In this document: positions 1-7,946 of the stretch, in pieces
Layout of the letters: the number at the start of each line of letters is the position of its first letter
Position numbering within the stretch: the first letter of the stretch is position 1
Source of the DNA: an uncultured virus (IMG/VR IMGVR_UViG_3300008120_000033)
Lineage: Duplodnaviria > Heunggongvirae > Uroviricota > Caudoviricetes
Virus record (IMG/VR): IMGVR_UViG_3300008120_000033
DNA length: 64,000 nucleotides
Reading direction: 5' to 3' (one strand)
The notes under the pieces: generated by a model
Databases searched by the model: none
Told to the model about the DNA's origin: nothing
The model's input: the letters and a program-made list of their open reading frames with translations, nothing else
Program-made: the position numbers and the translations under genes

Positions 1-186
1 GCCAGCGATAACGGTTGCAGTACCATCCGAGTTTGGTCGAATAACTATTGGTTTAATTTGTCCGAATTCACGGTACGAGGCCATGATTGCCTCAACATTT
101 CCACGACGCGGGTTCCCATCAAGTGGCGAAAGAACATCTATGTCTACAGCAAGCTCAATAAGCGATTCATGTATTCCATTTGACAT
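1..186 (-). CDS. ParB-like N-terminal domain protein (partial, runs off window)
   Basis: Manual translation from ATG 186: MSNGIHESLIELAVDIDVLSPLDGNPRRGNVEAIMASYREFGQIKPIVIRPNSDGTATVIAG; NPR..FGQ.KPIV..IAG is ParB/Srx-like. Confidence 0.75.
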   Translation of the reverse strand, partial: MSNGIHESLIELAVDIDVLSPLDGNPRRGNVEAIMASYREFGQIKPIVIRPNSDGTATVIAG

Positions 187-187
187 G

Positions 188-523
188 TCAGACCTGCGTT
201 CTCACGTTTGCGTTGAGTGTGCGAATAGCATCAATTGATGACCTTATTGAAAGAAGAACTTCTCGCTTTGCCTTGACCAGGGCCTCAGCGCACTTATATT
301 CGAAAAGCTGTTGGTCGAGCTTGTAGTCAGCCCACGCTTCTCGTTCCTTAATTGAGCCCTTTGCCGAAATGTACTCCTTGGCCCAGTTTGACTTGTATAG
401 GGCTTCCTTTTTTGCCATATCCATGGCAACAGTTTCAAACTGCTCGGTCTCGTTCTCTAGTCTGTTCACCAGTCGAATGAGCTCCTGCTCAATTTCTATT
501 TGACTGATAGGTGTAGTTCTCAT
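188..523 (-). CDS. Hypothetical coiled-coil phage protein
   Basis: 111-aa helical ORF in operon between RuvC and ParB-like genes. Confidence 0.7.
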   Translation of the reverse strand: MRTTPISQIEIEQELIRLVNRLENETEQFETVAMDMAKKEALYKSNWAKEYISAKGSIKEREAWADYKLDQQLFEYKCAEALVKAKREVLLSIRSSIDAIRTLNANVRTQV

Positions 524-533
524 TTATTAATCC

Positions 534-1070
534 TCACAAATTTTTCTCATTATTTTCAATGTTGTCAATTGCGGTCCAGTCTACTTTGGCCAAGGCTAAT
601 AATTGTTCCTTTGTCCAATCCCACTCCGAGTTACCTAAATAGGCGATTCCCATCTGCTCAAGCACCCAAGCGTCGCACTCATCGTTTCCACCAGCACCGG
701 AGAATACTTTTCCAGTTTTTGCTGATATCGCTGAAATTACCTCACCCTTGCTTGCGTTTCCTTTTCCGGTAGCAAACTTAGCCCTGCATGTTGGTGGGAT
801 GTCTACAAAGGGTATTTGGTTCTCCCAGAGTCTCATTCTCACACATCCACCAAGCTCACCAATACTGTGTGCTTGGGAATTCCTTGAGGAAAATGAATAC
901 CCCTCTATGAGGGCGCAATCAATTCTCTCAGATAAACAAATATCAGCTATTTGTCTGCTCACGATAGAGAGGCGTTCTGGCCCTCTCTCTTTGACCGCGA
1001 TGACATGCGTACTGCCATTAATTGAAACACCCGTTGATGTAAGTGATAAATCAAGACCAACGAGCCGCAT
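534..1070 (-). CDS. ruvC: RuvC-like Holliday junction resolvase
   Basis: GLDLSLTSTG (catalytic D), IEGY, ELGG, KFATGKGNASK, NDECDA motifs. Confidence 0.88.
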   Translation of the reverse strand: MRLVGLDLSLTSTGVSINGSTHVIAVKERGPERLSIVSRQIADICLSERIDCALIEGYSFSSRNSQAHSIGELGGCVRMRLWENQIPFVDIPPTCRAKFATGKGNASKGEVISAISAKTGKVFSGAGGNDECDAWVLEQMGIAYLGNSEWDWTKEQLLALAKVDWTAIDNIENNEKNL

Positions 1071-1085
1071 AGTTTCGACTATAAC

Positions 1086-1128
1086 AAAAAACGCAGAAGT
1101 AGGGAGGCTTTATCTCCCTACTTCTGCG
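1086..1128 (-). terminator. Rho-independent terminator after HNH gene
   Basis: 15-bp perfect stem cgcagaagtagggag/ctccctacttctgcg followed by T6 on minus strand. Confidence 0.8.
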
Positions 1129-1159
1129 CCTATAACGGTCCTAAGGTGATTACAGTGTA

Positions 1160-1579
1160 CTACTTTTCCCAGGAGTGTTTTGCTAATCCTAAATTAAAAG
1201 ACAACTCAGGATATTCACCTATACGTGTGTGGCACGGCCTGCAAACTGCGAGTACATTTTCTTCGTCAAGTATCGAGCCACCCTGTGAACGTCTGACTAA
1301 TTCATGAACATCGGTGCTCTGGTTTACCCAAAAAACTGCCCTAGCATCATGTTCGGCAAAAACTGGACAGGCCTGACAAAATGGTCTTTCCGAAAGTATT
1401 TTTTTGACAAACTTCCGCCTGTCAACGTACTTATCTTCCATCTTCTTGCTTCTGTGAGCAATTTTTTTAGAAGAACGATTTATGGGTTTATTCTGTTTTA
1501 GGCCAGTTTTTGACTGTAGTTGTTTTTTTGCTTTTAGTGGCGTTTTCTGCTGTAGCGGTTTTTTTCTCTGTAGCGCCAC
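1160..1579 (-). CDS. HNH endonuclease
   Basis: CQAC...DVHELVRRSQGGSILDEENVLAVCRPCH; basic N-terminus. Confidence 0.8.
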   Translation of the reverse strand: MALQRKKPLQQKTPLKAKKQLQSKTGLKQNKPINRSSKKIAHRSKKMEDKYVDRRKFVKKILSERPFCQACPVFAEHDARAVFWVNQSTDVHELVRRSQGGSILDEENVLAVCRPCHTRIGEYPELSFNLGLAKHSWEK

Positions 1580-1590
1580 GGCGTTACCAC

Positions 1591-2094
1591 CTATAGGTTG
1601 TCGTTATTTACGGAATCAAAGTTCCACTGGTTATCCAGAGTATCCCATAGAGCTCTATCGATAGAAGTGTCCTCAAGGTCAAACTGTCTCATCAGATTAC
1701 GATGCTCAATTATGGCTTTTCGATAGAACTCAACCTGGTCCCATCCGTCAGAATTAATGACATCGCCAGTATCAATCATCACGCAAACTTCGTCGAGTCT
1801 CTTATCTACATGAAACTTAAATCTACGAACTCTTGTGGCCTTTGTGTCGTAGTAGCTATTTGACTCGCGAGCAAGTCTTGTTCCGGTCTTGCCCAGGGAC
1901 GCATAGCGCCTCTCGTCAGAGATTGCATCTGCTTCAATGCTTTCAATCTGACGTTGAAGATTTTCTGAAAGAGCAATAAGCGCTTCTCTCCAGCGCTCCC
2001 AATTATCTTCTTTCATCAACTCCTGTTTGTGGACAGGGGAGATTTTATTCTTAACCTCCTCTGCAACCATCCTTGCAAAAGCGTCATCGTTCAT
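1591..2094 (-). CDS. Hypothetical protein
   Basis: ORF; start placed at ATG 2094, 7 nt after a TATGTT -10 element. Confidence 0.65.
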   Translation of the reverse strand: MNDDAFARMVAEEVKNKISPVHKQELMKEDNWERWREALIALSENLQRQIESIEADAISDERRYASLGKTGTRLARESNSYYDTKATRVRRFKFHVDKRLDEVCVMIDTGDVINSDGWDQVEFYRKAIIEHRNLMRQFDLEDTSIDRALWDTLDNQWNFDSVNNDNL

Positions 2095-2144
2095 ATCGAT
2101 GAACATAGCAGGTATTAAAGCCTGCGGTTTTATTGTTTTTCCTC

Positions 2145-2918
2145 TTACTGCCATGCTGGGCAAATCCTTTTATATCCACACCAATTGCAAAGAATTGATT
2201 TATTTGGCTCAAACTCACCGCTTCTGCAGCGTGAATCTATTCCTTCTCGGACCTCTTGAATCACCTCGATGACTTCTTGAACATCTTCTGGTGAAACGAC
2301 TTTTTCAAACCTAACGCCATCCTTGAGGTAGAGGAGCTCTAGTGACATTGATTCTGGAACAATATCAATGCTCTCCAATAGTTGACTATAGATAATCAAC
2401 TGGAAGAACTTATCCCCCATGTACTTGGGTTTTGGTGTTTTGCCGGTCTTGTAGTCGGATATTTTGGCGACGCCATTCTCGTAGAAAAGACGGTCGATGT
2501 AGCCATGGAGACGAATGCCGCCAACAACACCCTCAACATGCTCCTCTATTGCCCATGGGGTCGTATTCAGCGGGTCCTCAAGTCTCCAGAGGTTCTCTAT
2601 ACACCACCATGCTGTCCATCTAAAAAAGTTCAGTTCCTTTTCAGAATGAATAAGACCTGCCGCCTTCTCTCCCCAAGATTCAGTCCACAACTGTCTAGCT
2701 AGTGCTTTTGCCGTTTCCTGCGTTCTCTGCTCAGGGGGCAGTGCATACATTGTTTCAAGAACTTCATGAACGAAATTACCGAGAACAGTCGCGTCTGTCG
2801 GCGCATCGGGTAAGCCATCGATTTTGCTGTACTTAAACTTCAGTGGACACTGGCGAAAAGTGGAGATTGACGAAGGGGAAAGCCTGTCTGGTGCTACCAG
2901 AATTGGCTCACTCATCAT
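2145..2918 (-). CDS. PD-(D/E)XK RecB/Cas4-like exonuclease
   Basis: LSPSSI..CP, G..VHEVLE, GYIDRL, ISDYKTG, QL..Y, C-terminal CNWCGYKRIC. Confidence 0.9.
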   Translation of the reverse strand: MMSEPILVAPDRLSPSSISTFRQCPLKFKYSKIDGLPDAPTDATVLGNFVHEVLETMYALPPEQRTQETAKALARQLWTESWGEKAAGLIHSEKELNFFRWTAWWCIENLWRLEDPLNTTPWAIEEHVEGVVGGIRLHGYIDRLFYENGVAKISDYKTGKTPKPKYMGDKFFQLIIYSQLLESIDIVPESMSLELLYLKDGVRFEKVVSPEDVQEVIEVIQEVREGIDSRCRSGEFEPNKSILCNWCGYKRICPAWQ

Positions 2919-3591
2919 TCTTTACCGGAGTAGCGCCGAACGACAAAGCCATGGCCTTGACAACCAGGGCATCAATATCTTCAATCGTCGCTGTTGTTTT
3001 TGTTGGCTTGGGCCGACCTGAAGAATGTGTCTCCCAGAATGCATTCAGTTCGTCTTTTTGTTCTTTTGTGAGGAGTTTCGTTACAGTGATGAAGTTATCC
3101 CAGCGTGATTCAATCTCTGGGTCTACTACCTGCTGTGGAGCGGAAGAACTTTCCGTAGCCTGCATTGCCTCTTCAATATCAAGAGCATCAGCAGAACGAG
3201 CAAGATATAGGCCGATACCAAGATTCTGTGCAGCCTTTTTCAACGCATCAGAAACTGCACCCTTAAAGTCATTTCCAAGGTCAACGGGTCGGCCGTCCTT
3301 CTTTGAACGCTTCACACTAATTCCACCAAATCCGTGCTTGACAACGGTCTTGTCACCGATGAGCGCAGTAAGGCTTACGTGGGCGATGATTTCATCCTGG
3401 TCAATCGTGTCTCTATTGACAGAGATAATTTCAAAGGACCAGTTATCTACGCCAATGACGCGATTGAGCCGGTTGATTACCTCGCTAACAGGCAGGTAGA
3501 CCAGCTCCACGCCGCTCTTGACAATTACCTTCTCCATCTCCTGCGGAAATGGCTCCGCTAGGTGGTTGTAAAGTTCGGAAGAGTTTTCCAT
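2908..3591 (-). CDS. Rad52/Rad22-family single-strand annealing protein (Sak-like)
   Basis: L..PFP, YLPVSEVINRLNRVIGVDNWSF, FKGAVSDALKKAAQNLGIGLYL; start trimmed to ATG 3591. Confidence 0.88.
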   Translation of the reverse strand: MENSSELYNHLAEPFPQEMEKVIVKSGVELVYLPVSEVINRLNRVIGVDNWSFEIISVNRDTIDQDEIIAHVSLTALIGDKTVVKHGFGGISVKRSKKDGRPVDLGNDFKGAVSDALKKAAQNLGIGLYLARSADALDIEEAMQATESSSAPQQVVDPEIESRWDNFITVTKLLTKEQKDELNAFWETHSSGRPKPTKTTATIEDIDALVVKAMALSFGATPVKNDE

Positions 3592-3601
3592 GTTCAATGC
3601 C

Positions 3602-4099
3602 TCAGATTTCCTTTGGTTTACGCACGATGATGCTAGTGCGCAGTTCGCCAACTTCGCAGTAGTTGTCGGCATTAACGCCGAGTTTATTTAGTTCCTTGAT
3701 TCTCCAGTAAGAGGGAGCACAGTAGGTCAACATTTCTGCAGCTATTTCCTGTGGAGACTTGATGACTTCACCAGTATCCATATCAACCGACATCTGAACA
3801 ACTTTTTGGGCAACGACGGAGGCAAGAGCCTTGTGGTCCCAACCCTTTCTGTCGTACGAGGATTTCTTCTCAATAGTTGAGCCATCGGGGAGCGAAATAT
3901 TTTCTGTCTCTCCCATAATTCTAGAGACTGCCCTAGACAGATGGTCATACACATACGAGACATCCCTCTTGAGGATGTTCATTTCAACTAGGGCTGAACA
4001 AGCCTCATCCATGGATGGCTCAGATGAAACGAATGCATCGATATCGAACTCAAGTTTTGTAATAAGTTCTTTTATCTCGGCAAGTTTTTCTAATGACAT
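3602..4099 (-). CDS. Hypothetical phage protein
   Basis: ORF with DMDTGEV motif in recombination operon; start at ATG 4099. Confidence 0.65.
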   Translation of the reverse strand: MSLEKLAEIKELITKLEFDIDAFVSSEPSMDEACSALVEMNILKRDVSYVYDHLSRAVSRIMGETENISLPDGSTIEKKSSYDRKGWDHKALASVVAQKVVQMSVDMDTGEVIKSPQEIAAEMLTYCAPSYWRIKELNKLGVNADNYCEVGELRTSIIVRKPKEI

Positions 4100-4126
4100 T
4101 AATAATCCCCTTAGCAAGTAGGTGGC

Positions 4127-5440
4127 TTAGAGGAGTATATGTACCCGTTTTCTCTGGGGCAACCCCAGTCCGGTCAAATATGTAAAAGCCCCAACGGCAG
4201 AGTCAACCTGGTCATCATGATTGGTTGCTTCTGGAAACGATGAAAACTCGTCAAGCCAGTTTGTTAGCCATGCCCCACGGACTAATCTCACATTCCCATT
4301 GGCAACGGCTGCAGCGAATGGGCGCGCTCTCGTAACTTTGTCCCCCGTGGGCTTCATCGCGCCAAAGTCGTATCCTGGAACTACATATCTAGCGAACTGG
4401 TCAACCAGTGCCTTACCCGATGAACCAGGTTCCTGTTCCATTCTGATTGGAACGCCATGACCATCCTCCGAGGCTGTCTGGGCCATTAGCTCTTCAACCT
4501 TCTCGCCACGAACACGAGCTCTTCTAACATCGAGCACGTAAGCAATGCCACCGTCGAACATCATCAAAGTACCAACCGTCCAGTCCGGGTCGGGATTTGA
4601 CGCGGATGGCTCGGTCGCTGCCAAGTCCCAGTATCTGACAACCCGTGCCGAACTGGTGATATTCGGAATCTCGCTTCCGTCGATTATTACAAAACCGGTT
4701 CTGTCAAATAGGGTACCAAGAGTTGTCGACCACCAGTCGCCTTCCTCAAGCCTGCGACGCTCAACAGGGTCAAGGGCAGACAACGACTGTCGATAAGAAT
4801 CGGCGTCAATTCCAGGGTTGTCGGTAAGTCGTGAAGGAACGAAAATTCTTCCCTCTTTCCTTCCTTCAACAATAAATCTCTGTCTAACCCAGTTGGGAGC
4901 GGGGTTTGATGCCGCTCTCATTCTGAGGGGTATTTGGGACACGGGACCATTCGCGGGACGACGCAAACGGGAGAACATGTATCGGTAGTCAGATTCGCGG
5001 ATTTCTGTAACTTCGTCCATGCCAATGAACTGAAATTCTGAACCCTTGTAGCGAAGGTAGTCATTCTGATTGTTTAGGTAACCAAAAGAAATTCTCGCCC
5101 CAGAAGGAAATGTCGCAATAAAAGTATTGCTGTTCCAGTGAATGTCGTCGTAGTTGGACATCCAAGATTTAAAACGGTCCATCAGGGCGCCAGGAAGGGA
5201 GAGGTCGGCAAAAGTACGACGGAAGAGAATGGCTGAATATCCAGGAATGTCGACATACTGCAGGGCGGCCATTAGCAAAGCCGAGGACTTGCCACCGCCT
5301 GCTGCGCCACCAAAAAGGGCCTCGATTGCGTTTGTCCTCAAGAAGACTTTTTGGTTTATGGAGGGTTCTTCTGGACAAAACGGAGTTTCTTTAGGGGTTA
5401 AGTATTCAAGAACTTCTTCCCAGTTTGGTTTTTGAGCCAT
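4127..5440 (-). CDS. terL: Terminase large subunit
   Basis: Walker A GGAAGGGKS, Walker B FIGMDEVT, ASNP, DNP, nuclease RYWDLAA and HDDQVDS. Confidence 0.93.
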   Translation of the reverse strand: MAQKPNWEEVLEYLTPKETPFCPEEPSINQKVFLRTNAIEALFGGAAGGGKSSALLMAALQYVDIPGYSAILFRRTFADLSLPGALMDRFKSWMSNYDDIHWNSNTFIATFPSGARISFGYLNNQNDYLRYKGSEFQFIGMDEVTEIRESDYRYMFSRLRRPANGPVSQIPLRMRAASNPAPNWVRQRFIVEGRKEGRIFVPSRLTDNPGIDADSYRQSLSALDPVERRRLEEGDWWSTTLGTLFDRTGFVIIDGSEIPNITSSARVVRYWDLAATEPSASNPDPDWTVGTLMMFDGGIAYVLDVRRARVRGEKVEELMAQTASEDGHGVPIRMEQEPGSSGKALVDQFARYVVPGYDFGAMKPTGDKVTRARPFAAAVANGNVRLVRGAWLTNWLDEFSSFPEATNHDDQVDSAVGAFTYLTGLGLPQRKRVHILL

Positions 5441-5502
5441 AATCAATTCTTCCTGCACTCTTTCCGCCACGGCGAGCAATTTTGTGCGCTACTGTATGTT
5501 AT

Positions 5503-5748
5503 ATGCCAAAACCCAAGACAAATATTAAGAAGCGCCTCAGAGTTACCATGGCGAACACCCGCTCAAGGCTTAGAGTGGCAAGAATAAGGGTCAGAACGGC
5601 ACTCAACAGAGGCACGTTCGCCAATATATTCATGCTTTGCTTTATAATATTGACCAGTATTGGAGCGGGAATGATTTTCTTCCCCGCTGGGTGGATTGTG
5701 GCTGGGGTTTCATGTGGCGTTTTCGGATTTTTGCTGGGTGCTGAGTAG
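5503..5748 (+). CDS. Small membrane protein preceding portal
   Basis: Basic N-terminus plus two hydrophobic helices; ATG 7 nt after TACTGT. Confidence 0.65.
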   Translation: MPKPKTNIKKRLRVTMANTRSRLRVARIRVRTALNRGTFANIFMLCFIILTSIGAGMIFFPAGWIVAGVSCGVFGFLLGAE

Positions 5749-5755
5749 ATAAATC

Positions 5756-7843
5756 ATGGCGTGGAACTCAAGACAAAACAAGTCCCTTGATGGACCTCAG
5801 GCTAAGCAGCTCGGCTACGGGTTGCCTATTTCAAGCAATCCATCGTTCGTTGGCAAGTCCTATAGGGACTCGTGGGACATTGAGCGCGCATACCGCGAGG
5901 GCATGTCCAAAATTACGTGGGTTAATCGCTGTATTGACGCTATTTCCGGGAACCAGGCGAGACTTCCAATAATTCTCCGCAAAGACAACTCCAATATGGG
6001 TGAGATTGTTGTTGGGCGCGAAGCAAACAGGTCCAATCTTTTGGAGATTCTTAACAATCGTGCCAACCTTGGGGAGAACTCGTTTATCTTCCGTTACCGG
6101 CTTTCGGCTCAGTTGCTTCTCGGTACTCGCGGTGTTTTTATCGAGAAAATCCGTGGTCGAGACGGCGGAATAATTGCTCTGAACCTTCTTCCACCGCAAT
6201 CAACTGCGCCAATTCCAGACCCCAAGACTTTCGTCAAGGGCTACGAAGTGATGATGCCTTATGGTGAGAAGAAATTCCTAAAACCAGAAGATGTCTGCTG
6301 GATTAGGCGACCACACCCACTCGACCCATACTTGTCCCTGACCCCGCTGGAAGCAGCCGGTGTTGCGATAGAAATTGAAAACCTTGCCAAGCTTTATAAC
6401 CGCAACTACCTCCTTAATGACGGTAGACCAGGCGGACTCCTTGTTGTTCGTGGAGAAATCGACGAAGACGACAAGGAAGAGTTGAAGTCTAGATTTCGTG
6501 GGAACCTCGCGAAGACTGGCCACACAACGGTAATTGCGGCAGATGACGGAGTTGATTACGTCGACACCTCGGCCTCCCCAAGAGATGCCGCATATATTCA
6601 GATGCGTCAGGTCACCAAGGAGGAAATCCTTTCTGCGTTTGGTGTTCCCGAGTCGGTCATCGGAAATGCTGCTGGAAGAACATTTAGTAACGCAGCAGAG
6701 GAAATTCGCGTTTTCTGGATGGAAACAATGCTTCCTCACCTAGAGCCAATTGCTCGCGCGCTTGATGAACTGGATGATAAGTACTACGTCGACTTCGACA
6801 CTTCGGAAGTCCCCATCCTTATGCTTTACAAGCAAGAGCGAGACAGATACCTCCTCCAGGAGTTCCAGGGCGGCCTGATTTCGGCAAACGAGTACAGAAC
6901 TGGCTCGTCACGCAAGGAAGTTGAAGCCGACCTTGCTGACTCACTATTAGCAAACCCGAACCTCATTCCGATTGCCAACACCAAGAAGAAGATGGAGGAG
7001 AACGCAGCACAGGTCCCCGGCGCACCTGGAATGCCTGGAATGCCTGGAATGCCTGGAATGCCACCAATGCCGGGTGCCCCAATGCCTCCTGGGGCACCAG
7101 TACCCCTTGACCCAAACACAATGCAGGGAGCGATGGCTGAAGCAGCTGGTGCGGGCGAGTTGGCCCAAACAACCGTTCCGGCCGAGGCCGCACCACCAGT
7201 AACTCCGCCGCCCCCAGTACCCGGAATGACGATGGCTGGCGCAGACGCTTCTCTAGTTGAAACAAAGACTGAAGAAGATGAAATAGAAGAAAAAAATGAC
7301 TCTTACTTCGAAGACAAGTCGGAGATGGCTATCGAAAGATGGGCCGAAATTCTTTCAAGAAGCATTGAGCGCGTCATAGAAAGACAGCAAAGGGTCGTTC
7401 TTGAGAAGGTGACTGGAATGAAGGCCAGAAAGGCCCTATCTGCTGGAACCCTTGAGGTGGACGCAGTTCTAGCTATCGATACTTGGGATAGACAGATGGA
7501 AGAGGACATTAAGCCAATTCTTTCTGCGATTATTCGCGACTCTCACGATGCTAGAAAAGAATTTGGCGAAGCTAACGGAATCAAAGTAAAGAGCCTGCCA
7601 AAACTTGACACGGTAAAGACCGTTGACTCTCAGGTTGGTGTAATTAAGTCACTCAACAGGGAGAACGTCAATGAAATACAGCGCCTCTACATTGACAGCC
7701 TTAATCTCATTGACGGAGATAGTAGAGCGTCGATGATTCGTGAGGGAATTGTCGACATGTACACCAACTTTTTTGCCAAAGAACAGGCTGAAATTGCTAT
7801 GGATGTTGCCAGAAGTACCTGGAATTACGCCCAAACTGTTTAA
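5756..7843 (+). CDS. Portal protein (HK97 family) with Pro-rich linker and C-terminal extension
   Basis: WVNRCIDAIS, HPLDPYLSLTPL, NDGRPGGLL, EEILSAFGVPES, ISANEYR. Confidence 0.9.
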   Translation: MAWNSRQNKSLDGPQAKQLGYGLPISSNPSFVGKSYRDSWDIERAYREGMSKITWVNRCIDAISGNQARLPIILRKDNSNMGEIVVGREANRSNLLEILNNRANLGENSFIFRYRLSAQLLLGTRGVFIEKIRGRDGGIIALNLLPPQSTAPIPDPKTFVKGYEVMMPYGEKKFLKPEDVCWIRRPHPLDPYLSLTPLEAAGVAIEIENLAKLYNRNYLLNDGRPGGLLVVRGEIDEDDKEELKSRFRGNLAKTGHTTVIAADDGVDYVDTSASPRDAAYIQMRQVTKEEILSAFGVPESVIGNAAGRTFSNAAEEIRVFWMETMLPHLEPIARALDELDDKYYVDFDTSEVPILMLYKQERDRYLLQEFQGGLISANEYRTGSSRKEVEADLADSLLANPNLIPIANTKKKMEENAAQVPGAPGMPGMPGMPGMPPMPGAPMPPGAPVPLDPNTMQGAMAEAAGAGELAQTTVPAEAAPPVTPPPPVPGMTMAGADASLVETKTEEDEIEEKNDSYFEDKSEMAIERWAEILSRSIERVIERQQRVVLEKVTGMKARKALSAGTLEVDAVLAIDTWDRQMEEDIKPILSAIIRDSHDARKEFGEANGIKVKSLPKLDTVKTVDSQVGVIKSLNRENVNEIQRLYIDSLNLIDGDSRASMIREGIVDMYTNFFAKEQAEIAMDVARSTWNYAQTV
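7025..7060 (+). repeat. (CCTGGAATG)x4 tandem repeat encoding PGM repeats in portal
   Basis: Four exact 9-bp units. Confidence 0.9.
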
Positions 7844-7946
7844 TTGCTGTAAATATTATCTTTATACAGCTATAAAAATCGAAACTTACACTGCTCAGAC
7901 TTAATAGTGGTTTATTATCAGATAGTCCACTACGGAAGGTAGCCCA

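Noticed and set aside
2145..2918. Cas4 as part of a CRISPR system
   Set aside because: Sits beside a Sak annealing protein, typical of a phage recombination module
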